Virus record (IMG/VR): IMGVR_UViG_3300045988_092303
Source of the DNA: a virus
DNA: 64,000 nt
Direction: 5' to 3' (one strand)
Shown here in pieces: positions 24,331 through 34,342 of the stretch. Below the pieces are notes generated by a model that was not told the origin of the DNA, did not search any database, and worked only from the letters and a program-made list of their open reading frames with translations. Position 1 is the first letter of the stretch; each line of letters opens with the position of its first letter. The position numbers and the translations under genes are program-made.

Positions 24331-24831
24331 ATGGCAACAGGCTTAAAAAGTAGAATTGCTTATAAGGAACCGAGTTCCAGCGCGGCAGCAGGTGCTTACT
24401 GGGCAGGAACTTACAAGCTGCTTATCAGAGCAAAATCAATCCCGTCCCCGTTCGGTTCCCAAAACATGGTTGACACTTCCACTCTGGAAGACCTTGTTGA
24501 GACCCAGGAGATGGGAAGACGTTCTGCAGGTTCCATGGAAGTTGAAGGTGCTTTTGAGAAGAAGTACAAAGATGAGATGGTGCAAAACGAGGGCAAGAAG
24601 CTCGACTTTATCATCCTGTACGGTACGGACGGAAAAGGATCTGAAGGTATTTGCGGATTCATTGGGCAGGAGGCTTTTGCTCCCGGTGAGGCATCTGACG
24701 ATCATCTGACTGGTACTGCTACGGTATCCGTGCAGACCGTTCCGAAGTGGATTGAGGATGACTATGATGTTGCGGTAACAGAGGATGAGAATGGTTATCC
24801 TACTGCTATTACCCTGACAAAAAAATCATAA
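24331..24831 (+). CDS. Major tail protein
   Basis: ORF track; strong SD AGGAGG; lies before the G/GT chaperone pair. Confidence 0.65.
   Translation: MATGLKSRIAYKEPSSSAAAGAYWAGTYKLLIRAKSIPSPFGSQNMVDTSTLEDLVETQEMGRRSAGSMEVEGAFEKKYKDEMVQNEGKKLDFIILYGTDGKGSEGICGFIGQEAFAPGEASDDHLTGTATVSVQTVPKWIEDDYDVAVTEDENGYPTAITLTKKS
24819..24825 (+). promoter_or_regulatory. A7 slippery run (A_AAA_AAA) two codons before the major tail stop
   Basis: The -1 frame stays open to the TAA at 24909-24911 (28 extra codons). Confidence 0.3.
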
Positions 24832-24922
24832 GCCAGTCTGCTAAAAGCAGAAAAGCCGTGGTGACTGGCTACGATGATGAAACGGCTGAGCCGGAAGTTG
24901 ATATGTGGTAAAGGTGAAATGT

Positions 24923-24950
24923 GGGGCGGTCTACGGACTGCCCCCTTTCC
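24923..24950 (+). terminator. Hairpin terminator
   Basis: GGGGCGGTC / GACTGCCCC stem followed by CTTTCC. Confidence 0.55.
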
Positions 24951-24979
24951 TATAACAGATTCATGGAAAGGGAAAAGAA

Positions 24980-25438
24980 ATGAAAGAAATTACAGTTAAT
25001 GGAAACGACTACAAATTAGAGTTTAGCTTTGAAGCGGCAGAGAGAAAAGACTTTGTGTCTATGATGTTCCGCATTGTCTCCTGTGCAGCACTTTTGGAAG
25101 ATGCGGCTGACATGGAAAATCCGACACCTAAAGACATGATTAACGGAACAATCAACATGGTGTCTGATATTCCGCACATCTGCCGTACCGGATTTTTTGT
25201 TGGTCTGATGGAAAATAATCCGGTACCGGAGACAGAAGCAAAAGCTCTGATGAAATCATATATGAAAGAGAACAAAATCGGCTATGCAGACCTGTACGAA
25301 GACCTGCGTAAATGCATGGAGGAGGACGGTTTTTTCGAGCTGTCCGGAATCACCAAAATGCTAAACCAGTTGGCAGAGAATCAGAAGCCGAGAAAAGTGC
25401 CGCAGGATCACAAGCAGAAATCGACTGGCACAAAATAA
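24980..25438 (+). CDS. Tail assembly chaperone (gpG-like)
   Basis: ORF track; lies before an overlapping -1 frame ORF and upstream of the TMP. Confidence 0.7.
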   Translation: MKEITVNGNDYKLEFSFEAAERKDFVSMMFRIVSCAALLEDAADMENPTPKDMINGTINMVSDIPHICRTGFFVGLMENNPVPETEAKALMKSYMKENKIGYADLYEDLRKCMEEDGFFELSGITKMLNQLAENQKPRKVPQDHKQKSTGTK

Positions 25439-25794
25439 TCTGGGAGGAATACTTCCCGGTGGCTTTTTCCATTGGAATTTCAATAGACGAATTTAAGCAT
25501 CTCAATCCTACGAAGCTTGGATATTGTCTGAAGGGCTATGCAATCCAGGAACGTAGGAAGGATGCACAGATGTGGGCATGGTTAGGAAATTATGGCTTGT
25601 CTGCCGTGGCTACAGCCATTGAGCATAACTTTGCAAAACATCCGAAGTCTAAATACATTGAAAAACCGATGCTTCAAGACGAGAAAGAAAATACTTCCGG
25701 TAACACCGAGTCTCGAGAGGAATGTGCTGTATACGAAATGAAGCAGCGAATCAATCTTCTCCGGCAGCAAGGTTTACCAGAAAGTCCTGACTAG
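24980..25794 (+). CDS. Tail assembly chaperone -1 frameshift product (gpGT-like), slip at T_TTT_TTC 25330-25336
   Basis: The G frame reads GGT TTT TTC. The -1 frame (ORF 25312-25794) is open across the site and continues RAVRNHQ...IIWEEYFPVAFSIGISIDEF. Confidence 0.6.
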
Positions 25795-25807
25795 GAGGAA
25801 TTTTTTT

Positions 25808-26524
25808 ATGAGAATTAACGTACATGCCGGACATAACCCGGCAGGAAAAGTTGCGTGTGGCGCAGTAGGTCTTATTCAGGAATCCGTAGAGGACAGGAGA
25901 GTAAAGGATGAGGTTATCAATCAGCTCCGGCAGCTTGGACATACGGTCTATGACTGTACCGTGGATAATGGCACGGGACAGAAAGACGTATTACAGAAAA
26001 TCGTGCAGAAATGCCGACTTCATGAAGTTGATCTGGATGTATCCATCCACTTCAATTCCGGTGCGAATGATAAATCCGGCAACGGCAAGACAACTGGAGT
26101 CGAGGTACTGGTCTACTCCGCGTCCAGCAAGGCAAAAGGATATGCGGATAAAGTCTGTGCTGCTATTGCAAGATTAGGTTTCCGAAATCGTGGTGTAAAG
26201 ACAAATTCCAGTCTGCATGTCTTAAAAAATACCAAAGCACCTGCAATGCTGGTTGAATGTTGCTTCGTGGACGACAAGGATGACGTAAAGCTCTACAATT
26301 ACTATGAGATGGCATCTGCTATCGTTTACGGAATTACCGGTGAGAAGGTCTCTGTGACCTCTGAAACGGCAAAAGCAGATGCAGGTGAGGAAACTACCAC
26401 TGGCAATCCGAAAGCTCTTTATCGGGTGCAGGTGGGCGCATACGGTGTGAAGGAAAATGCAAATGCAATGGTTGAAAAACTGAAAAAAGCCGGATTCACT
26501 GATGCGGCAATCGTGCAGGCATAG
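25808..26524 (+). CDS. Endolysin: N-acetylmuramoyl-L-alanine amidase (Amidase_3-like) with C-terminal SPOR domain
   Basis: ORF track; INVHAGHN...DLDVSIHFNS...MLVECCFVD; SPOR-like LYRVQVGAYGVKENANAMVEKLKKAGF. Confidence 0.85.
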   Translation: MRINVHAGHNPAGKVACGAVGLIQESVEDRRVKDEVINQLRQLGHTVYDCTVDNGTGQKDVLQKIVQKCRLHEVDLDVSIHFNSGANDKSGNGKTTGVEVLVYSASSKAKGYADKVCAAIARLGFRNRGVKTNSSLHVLKNTKAPAMLVECCFVDDKDDVKLYNYYEMASAIVYGITGEKVSVTSETAKADAGEETTTGNPKALYRVQVGAYGVKENANAMVEKLKKAGFTDAAIVQA

Positions 26525-26539
26525 AAAAGAGGTTGAGAA

Positions 26540-26860
26540 ATGGAAATTCTAATTCAAGGTGACAATAAACCAATCATAATTGAATTTGATGAATCGGTCG
26601 AAAATGTTGAGCAATTTAGCGCAATGTTAAGTTATGAATCCCATGAATTTAAAAAATGGGATGAAAACGATGTTAAAATTGAAGGGACTACCATTTCTCT
26701 GCCACTTACACAGGAAGAATCGCGTGGTATAACCAGTCGATACGCAGACCTTGAAATTAAGCTCGTTGCAAACGGAGATATTGAATTTTTCGATGTAATA
26801 CGTTTTGAAATATTATCTCGTAGAGATAAAAGAATATTTCAGATTGGCGGTGAATTATGA
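26540..26860 (+). CDS. Hypothetical protein upstream of the fibre gene
   Basis: ORF track. Confidence 0.55.
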   Translation: MEILIQGDNKPIIIEFDESVENVEQFSAMLSYESHEFKKWDENDVKIEGTTISLPLTQEESRGITSRYADLEIKLVANGDIEFFDVIRFEILSRRDKRIFQIGGEL

Positions 26861-28743
26861 AAATCACAAAAATCCAATCCGGGAAAATGTCAAAAGCATC
26901 ACCGGTACAAAATCTGATTTATAAGAAAGGTTATTCTCCGTTTATAGGGGGGGACGGAACTTGGTTTGTATTCGATGAATCCTCAAAATCTTTTGTTGAC
27001 ACCGGAATCCGTGCTCAAGGTCCGCAAGGTGAGCAGGGACCGACCGGAGAGCGTGGTCTTACCGGGGAAACAGGCGCGCAGGGAGAACGTGGAGAAACTG
27101 GTCCGCAAGGAGCACAGGGCGTTCCTGGCGCTAAAGGAGACAAAGGTGACAAGGGAGAACAGGGCGTCCAGGGTGAGCGTGGAGAAAAAGGGAATACTGG
27201 TGAAAAGGGTGATAAGGGCGAACCGGGAGCAAAAGGTGAACAAGGTCCCATAGGTCCTCGTGGCGAGAAAGGAGAAACCGGACCCAAGGGAGATACAGGT
27301 GAGACTGGTCCACAAGGCCCTAAAGGGGATAAAGGCAATCCTGGACCTCAAGGACCTAAAGGTGATATCGGCGAACAGGGACCCATTGGACCCGCTGGAA
27401 AAAACGGGAAAACTCCTATAAAAGGAACAGACTATTTTACTTCAGCCGACATTGAGGCCATTGAAGCTGATGTGAAAAAGGCTATTCCCAGTAATGTTTC
27501 CGCATTTAAGAATGACAGTGAGTATATATCTTCAAAGCCTATTATGTCTATGACTCATGAACACATTTGGAATACAAAAGAAACATATTCTGGAAGTAGT
27601 AGTCAGAAGTATTGTGGTTGGTTTTTCTTTCGCATTAAGCCGATAGACAAGAGTAAAAACTTTGCCATTAAATACGGAGCAAAAGCATGGATGCCTGATT
27701 GGACAAAGGAAAATCTTACAGCACAAGGTTTAACGCCAGCCAATTATGGTGGTGGCGGTGAAAATTATTTATTTGGGCGGCAAGAAGTAGAACTTCAAAT
27801 GTCTTTTTCGCCTGTAAATAACAAATCATATACGAAATATGTAATGGATTGCGATATTCCTTTTTCACAGTATAGGTCTTTATATTATATGTTGTTGGCA
27901 TATCCAAAATCACAGACGCAAGATGATGATTGGTATTATCTTGGGTGGTCAATTTGTAATTCATATCAATATTATGCCAGCTCACAAAGCACATTTGAAA
28001 AATTAAAGGCTTGTTTTGGGAGAACAATTATTACTGATATTTATGAATTGGAAAACTGTGAAATTGAATCGTTAAATGAATTGATTGAGTTTGATAGTGC
28101 ACTTTTTCCACAACATACACTTATACAGCCGACAACATCCACTAACGGACGCACTCAGACTGGAGACGCAAACAGTATAGATAGAGACTGTATACCAATG
28201 TATAAAACAGCGGATGGGGCATTGACAGCATATGCGTTCGTAATGCAGACGGAAGACCCAGGTAAAGTCGGACAGGTTATGGCAAATACATCAAATGCTA
28301 GTGCTCAAACCAAAGAGTTTTCTTCAAGAAGATTCAATATTTCTAAAGGAATATATTACTATACTTCGTCTGTGGTTAAAACAGATGGAACGGCTTTAGG
28401 TGGAACGTCTATGTATACGTTATATCCAAGTTGTGATTTAAGATATAGTTTTAACTGTGGAAACAATATACTTTCAAACAGGCCCGGAGTTGACGTATAT
28501 CTTGTGGGAATGATTGAAAGCGATGGATTTTTCGTGCCACATCAGTTTGAGAGAGTTGTAAACGGAAAAACATATAAAGACTGCCTTGCTGATGAAACAA
28601 TGCTTCCAACCGAAGCTGATGGACTTGTGTATATTTTGCTTGGACATACAGCAACAGCGTCACGATATAGTATTGTATTCCTTCCGAAACATCCGATTTA
28701 CAAGCACAACGGCACATATATGGAGTGCATAGGAACAGTTTGA
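26857..28743 (+). CDS. Collagen-like tail fibre protein
   Basis: ORF track; 44 uninterrupted G-X-Y triplets then GKTPIKGTDYFT; about 430-aa unique C-terminal domain. Confidence 0.75.
   Translation: MKITKIQSGKMSKASPVQNLIYKKGYSPFIGGDGTWFVFDESSKSFVDTGIRAQGPQGEQGPTGERGLTGETGAQGERGETGPQGAQGVPGAKGDKGDKGEQGVQGERGEKGNTGEKGDKGEPGAKGEQGPIGPRGEKGETGPKGDTGETGPQGPKGDKGNPGPQGPKGDIGEQGPIGPAGKNGKTPIKGTDYFTSADIEAIEADVKKAIPSNVSAFKNDSEYISSKPIMSMTHEHIWNTKETYSGSSSQKYCGWFFFRIKPIDKSKNFAIKYGAKAWMPDWTKENLTAQGLTPANYGGGGENYLFGRQEVELQMSFSPVNNKSYTKYVMDCDIPFSQYRSLYYMLLAYPKSQTQDDDWYYLGWSICNSYQYYASSQSTFEKLKACFGRTIITDIYELENCEIESLNELIEFDSALFPQHTLIQPTTSTNGRTQTGDANSIDRDCIPMYKTADGALTAYAFVMQTEDPGKVGQVMANTSNASAQTKEFSSRRFNISKGIYYYTSSVVKTDGTALGGTSMYTLYPSCDLRYSFNCGNNILSNRPGVDVYLVGMIESDGFFVPHQFERVVNGKTYKDCLADETMLPTEADGLVYILLGHTATASRYSIVFLPKHPIYKHNGTYMECIGTV
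27019..27414 (+). repeat. Collagen G-X-Y coding repeat (44 triplets)
   Basis: Counted from the translation GPQGEQGPTGERG...GPAGKNGKT. Confidence 0.9.
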
Positions 28744-28757
28744 TAAATGACTAATCA

Positions 28758-28795
28758 GGGGCAATAGGTGTTACAGCCTACTGCCCCCTTTTTTG
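28758..28795 (+). terminator. Intrinsic terminator between fibre gene and TMP
   Basis: GGGGCAATAGG / CCTACTGCCCC stem followed by T6. Confidence 0.8.
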
Positions 28796-28867
28796 CTTAT
28801 AACAAGCAACCGAACACTGTTTGAAGTGTTCGCTAACCATCTAAAAACTAATGGTGGAGGTGATAAA

Positions 28868-30209
28868 ATGGGAGCAACCACGATTGATGATCTCCAGATC
28901 AAGATTGAAGCGGATGCGAAAACCGCTTCTGATAAGCTGGATGCGCTTGCTCAAAGCATGGTGAAACTGGCATCAAGCCTGAGCATCAATGTTGGCAAGA
29001 TGTCCGGTGTTGCTATTGGACTTAATAGCATTACCAAGGCATCGCAGAATCTCAATTCCAGAAATATTACGACGCTGGCAACTTCTATGGGGAAGGTAGC
29101 CGGTGTGGACTCTGCTCAAATTTCCAGAGTGGCAGGTTCTATGACACAGCTCAAAAACAGCGTTTCCGGTGGTTTTAATACCGATATGACCGGAATAGTG
29201 AATGTTGCTAATTCACTGTCAAAATTGGGCGGTAAGAACGCTACACAGGGCGCACAGAACCTTGTGCTGATAAAAGATCAGCTTGCTCAATTTGTGCAGG
29301 GGATGAACAGCGTAGGAACATTTACGTTTGACCCAACCGGTCTTACAAACACAATTAAAGCTATTGCGAAACTGGGCGGAAAGACTGCAACGCAGGCAAC
29401 GGCAAATCTTCCGAGTATTTCTGCTCAATTACAGAATTTTGTCCGGCAGATGAACCAGATCGGCTCCATGTCGTTTGACAACAAGAATCTGACTGACCTT
29501 GTAACGTCCATAGGCAGGCTAGGAAGCGTTGCAAGTGGGCGAGCGGTAAATAATATACCTTTGCTTGCAAACAACCTTAAATACCTGTTTGAGACGCTTT
29601 CAAAAGCACCATACATCAGCCAGAACATTATCCAGATGACTACGGCACTGGCTAATCTGGCACGTACAGGAGCATCTAGTGGTACTGCGGCAAGATCACT
29701 GGGGACAAATCTTTTCTCCTTCTCAAAATCTGCCGGTAACGCAAGTAAGAGTGCATTTTCTTTGGCAGGTGCTATCGGTAAGTTTTACGCAACTTACTGG
29801 ATGGTTATCAGAGGATTTGGACTTTTCCGGAATGCTATTGACATCTCATCCGATTTAACAGAGGTTGAGAACGTGGTACGTACCACGTTCGGAAATATGG
29901 AGTACAAGGTTAATGACTTTGTGCAAAACTCCATTCAGCAGTTCGGTATGTCCGAGCTTTCCGTTAAGCAGTATGCCAGTACATTCCAGGCTATGGGAAC
30001 TGCTATGGATGTTGGCGGCAAACAGATTGAGAACGCAAACAGGTTCTTAAATGGTGCCACAGACGGATATATTGGATTGTCAGATTCTATGTCCGATGTG
30101 TCTTTGAATCTTACTAAACTGACGGCGGATATGGCATCTTTCTACGACAAAGATCAGGCAGATGTAGCAAAAGATTTACAGTCCGTGTTTACCGGCATGG
30201 TTGTTCCGT
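28868..30209 (+). CDS. Tape measure protein, exon 1
   Basis: ORF track (28793-30226); ATG at 28868 after GGTGGAGGTG. The reading frame is cut in ...DLQSVFTGMVVP by intron sequence. Confidence 0.8.
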
Positions 30210-31548
30210 TGACTTTAGCGGCTTAACACAGAAATGTGTTTTGAAAAATCCGGAGAACGCAAGCAAAAGCGGTGTCAGAAGAAATTCTGGCTAACGGTAA
30301 AACTCTAAATTTGTATTTGCAATCTTCTTTATTTACTGTGCAAATTCGGTTATAATAATCATGAAAGGATATGGTTATTATGGAATTTGGGCAGGAAAAG
30401 AAATATTATGTATATGCTTGGTTTTACAAGCAATCAGGAAAATTATTTTATATTGGGAAAGGAACAAAATATAGATATCGTTCAAAGAAAAGAGATAATC
30501 ATAAACTTGTGGATATAATAAATTCTTGCGATTGTGACTCTAAAATTCTGGAAGGGAATCTTACAGAAGAAGAAGCCTATGATCTTGAAAAAGAGATGAT
30601 AAAGAAATATCGGTCACTTGGACATCCTTTAATAAATATTCAAGATGGAGGGCATCTTCCCCCTAATCACTCTGGCACACATAAAAGTGAAGAAGCAAAA
30701 AGGAAGATGAGTGAGAGTAGAAAAAAATATTTCAAAAATCATCCAGAGGCAAGAATAGAAGCTTCCGAAAGAATGAAAGATTTTTTCTTAACAGAAGAAG
30801 GAAAAGAATTTCAGAAAAAGTCTATAGAAGCAAGAAACAATGATGAGTTTAGAATGAAGTTATCCGAAAAATGTAGGAAAGCAAATAACACAGAAGAATA
30901 TAAAAATCGTCAATCCCAAATAATCAAAAAAAGATGGGAGTCTAAAGAATATGCAGATTCCTTTAGCGGAGAGAACAATCCTAATGCTCAGGCGGTTAGA
31001 CAGTATGACTTGAGTCATAATTTCATAGCAGAATATCAAACGATGGCAGAAGCAAGCAAAATTACCGGAGTTGGCCAGAGCAAAATTTCCTTGGTTTCAA
31101 GTGGAAAAAGGAAAACAGCAGGTGGATATATTTGGGAATATGCAACTGACAAAAGAATTTCCTACAAGAGAACGAAATCTACATATGATGTAAAAAAAGA
31201 TAAATCCGCAATTCCTATTTTGCAATATGATTTATCTGGAAAACTTGTCTCAGAATACAATAGCGTTGCAGAAGCAGCAAGAATAAATAATTTTCCAAAT
31301 AGAACTAATATTTCCACAAATTTGAGAGGAAGATCAAAAAGCGCATACGGCTTTGTATGGAAATACAAACATGACAATACCGTGCCGAGCCAATTAAAAA
31401 CCACCAATTGAGGTGGTTTTTTTATTGGAAGGTGTAACGACTAATTGTAGGGCGGAGATTAGCACCGCTCGAAGTACCGGAAATCCTTTTAGGATTGTGA
31501 GATAGTCTAATCCCCTAATAAATATCGGGAAACCGAGGGTAGTTAATG
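30210..31548 (+). mobile_element. Group I intron carrying a GIY-YIG homing endonuclease gene
   Basis: P1 CCGU (30206-30209) pairs with GCGG (30218-30221), giving U.G at the splice site. Last intron nt is G31548. P7 GACTA (31439) / TAGTC (31503); P8 AAATCC-tttt-AGGATT. Joining gives an in-frame 1347-aa TMP. Confidence 0.7.
30380..31411 (+). CDS. GIY-YIG homing endonuclease (I-TevI-like, NUMOD3-like linker, two C-terminal IENR1/NUMOD1-like HTH repeats)
   Basis: ORF track (30371-31411); YVYAW..GKLFYIGKGTKYR; repeats VRQYDLSHNFIAEY...GGYIWEY and ILQYDLSGKLVSEY...YGFVWKY. Confidence 0.85.
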   Translation: MEFGQEKKYYVYAWFYKQSGKLFYIGKGTKYRYRSKKRDNHKLVDIINSCDCDSKILEGNLTEEEAYDLEKEMIKKYRSLGHPLINIQDGGHLPPNHSGTHKSEEAKRKMSESRKKYFKNHPEARIEASERMKDFFLTEEGKEFQKKSIEARNNDEFRMKLSEKCRKANNTEEYKNRQSQIIKKRWESKEYADSFSGENNPNAQAVRQYDLSHNFIAEYQTMAEASKITGVGQSKISLVSSGKRKTAGGYIWEYATDKRISYKRTKSTYDVKKDKSAIPILQYDLSGKLVSEYNSVAEAARINNFPNRTNISTNLRGRSKSAYGFVWKYKHDNTVPSQLKTTN

Positions 31549-34250
31549 TAAGAAAGTACGGACTCGATTTAACGCAGGCTACTCTGAAAGAGTGGGCAAT
31601 GAAGAACGGCATGGATGCTGATATTAAGTCCATGACGCAGTCAGAAAAGGCAATGTTGCGGTATCAGTACGTCCTAGCAAATACCACGGCAGCACAAGGG
31701 GACTTCGCCAGAACAGCCGATAGCTGGGCCAATCAGGTACGAATTTTGAAGCAGAACTTCCAGCAGTTAGGCGGCATTATTGGTGGGGCACTGATTAACG
31801 CATTCAAACCGTTTTTACGGACTCTGAATTTTGTTATGCAAAAGGTAATCAGTTTTGCAACAATGGTAACAAATGCCCTTGGCGCAATATTCGGCTGGAA
31901 ATTTGAAGTGTCCGGCGGTGGTGTAGCTGATGACTGGTCAGATGCGGCAAGTTCAGCTGATGATCTGGCAGACAGTACCGGTAAAGCAGCTGACAATACA
32001 AAGAAGATGAAAACCAACCTTCTGGCTATTGACGAATTAAATGTACTTAACCCGGATGATTCAGATTACGGTTCCGGCGGTTCTGGTTCCGGTGCAGGTG
32101 GCGCAGGTGGCGGTGCAGGTGGTCTGGTTAAGACAGACACTATCTGGAAAGATTTTGAGAGTAATATCAAAGATCTGTATCAGCTTGGTGAGTATATACG
32201 TGATGCACTTATCGGTGCAATGGAAAGCATTGACTGGGACAGTGTGTATGAAAAAGCACGAAACTTTGGAACTGGCTTAGCACAGTTTCTTAATGGACTC
32301 TTTGCTGATGCTAACGGTATTACGCTTTTTGGAGAAGTCGGAAAAACCATTGCAAGCGCGCTGAACACAGTGATCTATGCAGCACTGGCGTTTGGACAGG
32401 AATTTGATTTTACGCAATTTGGATATAATATAGCAGATGGAATTAACCATTTTTTTGAAACATTCGATTTTGCTTCTTTAGCTGAAACTCTTAATGTATG
32501 GGCAAATGGAATTTTAAATGCTGCACAAGAAGCAGTAAGTGCTGTGCATTGGAATGAAGTGTTTAAAGGAATTGGTACTCTGTTTTTCAATTTGGACGCA
32601 ACTGCAATAGTCGAGGTGCTTGCACTTGGATTTGCTTGGAAAAATAAAGCTAAAATATTAAAAATGGCTGGTCTTTCTTTAGCAAAAGTGTTTGTTGGCG
32701 GAATTAAACTATCAGATATTTTAGTATCTATAACAAAATTGAGTTTTGTTCTTCCTGGAACACCTGCTTTTGATGTAATCGCAAGCAGAATTCTCGATAC
32801 GTTAAGTGATTGCCTTAGAAACTTGATTCCAGATTGGGCATTCGAAGCATTGAGTAAAATAGGTGCAGGATTAGTACTTGGTGCGGCTGGTGGTTCTTGG
32901 CTTCCTGGCCTTGGAACTATTGCAGGTGCAATTGTTGGAGGAATTGTAGGTGCATTAGATTCGATTGAAATTGATGGACAAAGTATTCTTCAAAATATCT
33001 TTGGAAAAATTTTCAATTTTGATACCACAATGGTGTTTTTTGAATCTGCCAAAGAAAATTTTAAAAAAGGCGGATTATATATAATTCTTGGGATTATTGA
33101 AGGAATCGAAGGTGCTATCAGCCTTTTACTAGAGCCAATCGCAGATGTGTTTACTTCTGTTATCGAATTTTTTTGCAATGTGTTTGGAATCCACAGTCCT
33201 GCTGAAACAATGAAACCAATTGGAGAAAATATTATCAGAGGTATAATTGTCGGTTTTAGTGAAACAGTTGGAGAATTTCTTGTTGAATTCCAAAGCCTTG
33301 CAACTTCTGTTACAGATTATTTGAATGAAAATTTAATTGTTCCGGTAGTAGAAATATTCACTATAGCCAGCCAGAATATAGAAAATTTGTTCAGTAATGC
33401 GTGGATAGCAATACAAGGAATTTGGTCTGTAGTATCAGCATGGTTTAATTCTACGGTGATCGTGCCGACTGTAAATTTCTTTACTACCATGAAAAACACT
33501 GTAACTAATCTTTTCCGATTACTGTGGACAGCTGTTCAAAATATCTGGATTGTTGTATCATCATGGTTTAACAACAACGTTATTGTGCCGACGGTAACAT
33601 TTTTCACAAAGTTCTACGAAAAAGTGAAAAAATTATTCTCTGATTTGTGGTCAAATGTGCAGGAAATCTGGAAAGTGGTTTCCGGCTGGTTTAGTGATAA
33701 TGTTATCACTCCGGTATCAAATTCATTTTCAGAAGCATGTAAAAATATTGCATCATACTTTGAAAATTTGTGGAAAAATGTGAAAAATGGCGTTGTCGGT
33801 GCTATGAACGTAGTCATTCAATCTGTAGAAAAAGCGGTTAATGGCGTTATTTCTATGCTGAATACGTTGCACTGGGAAATCCCGGACTGGGTGCCGGAGT
33901 TTGGTGGAAGATCGTTTGGTTTTCATATTAAACCTATAGCTTTGGAAAGAATCCCGATGTATGAAGTCGGAGGTTTCCCGGAGGACGGCTTGTTCTTTGC
34001 TAATCACAATGAAATGGTTGGTCAGTTCTCGAATGGCAGAACTGCAGTAGCAAACAATGAACAGATCGTTGCCGGAATCCGTGAAGGTGTTAAGGCTGCG
34101 GTTACGGAAGCACTGGCTCCTTATCTGTCAGACATTGCAGATACAAACCGGGAGATTGCCGAGAAGGATGCATCCATCAATGTGGATGGCCGGGAACTGG
34201 TTAATGCGATTAACAGCCGGATTAGCCGGAACGGTTTCAGTTTCACGTAA
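31549..34250 (+). CDS. Tape measure protein, exon 2
   Basis: Frame open from 31506; (L)RKYGLDLTQATLKEWAMKNGMDADIKSMTQSEKAMLRYQYVLANTTAAQGDFARTADSWANQ is the canonical TMP core. Confidence 0.8.
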
Positions 34251-34256
34251 AATTAA

Positions 34257-34290
34257 GGCGGTGGGGTAAAACCTGCCGCCTCTTTTCTTT
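34257..34290 (+). terminator. Intrinsic terminator after the TMP
   Basis: GGCGG..CCGCC stem followed by TCTTTTCTTT. Confidence 0.7.
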
Positions 34291-34342
34291 TACCTTTTTT
34301 CGTGGTATAATCTGCATATATTTTCATGGGAGGAAAAGTTGT

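Noticed and set aside
26983-27351. Minus-strand ORFs of 107-122 aa (PLSPLGP...)
   Set aside because: This is an antisense artefact of the collagen G-X-Y repeat: GGN-rich sense codons give Pro-rich open frames on the opposite strand.
28811-28832. CGAACACT-N6-AGTGTTCG as a second LexA box
   Set aside because: The arm spacing does not fit GAAC-N4-GTTC. It was kept only as a note under the TMP-upstream finding.
30210-31548. Intein, or two independent TMP genes, as the explanation for the split tape measure
   Set aside because: The intervening segment is not in frame, since a stop follows 15 nt after the break. It carries a free-standing GIY-YIG ORF and group I core-like sequences, whereas inteins are in-frame protein insertions.
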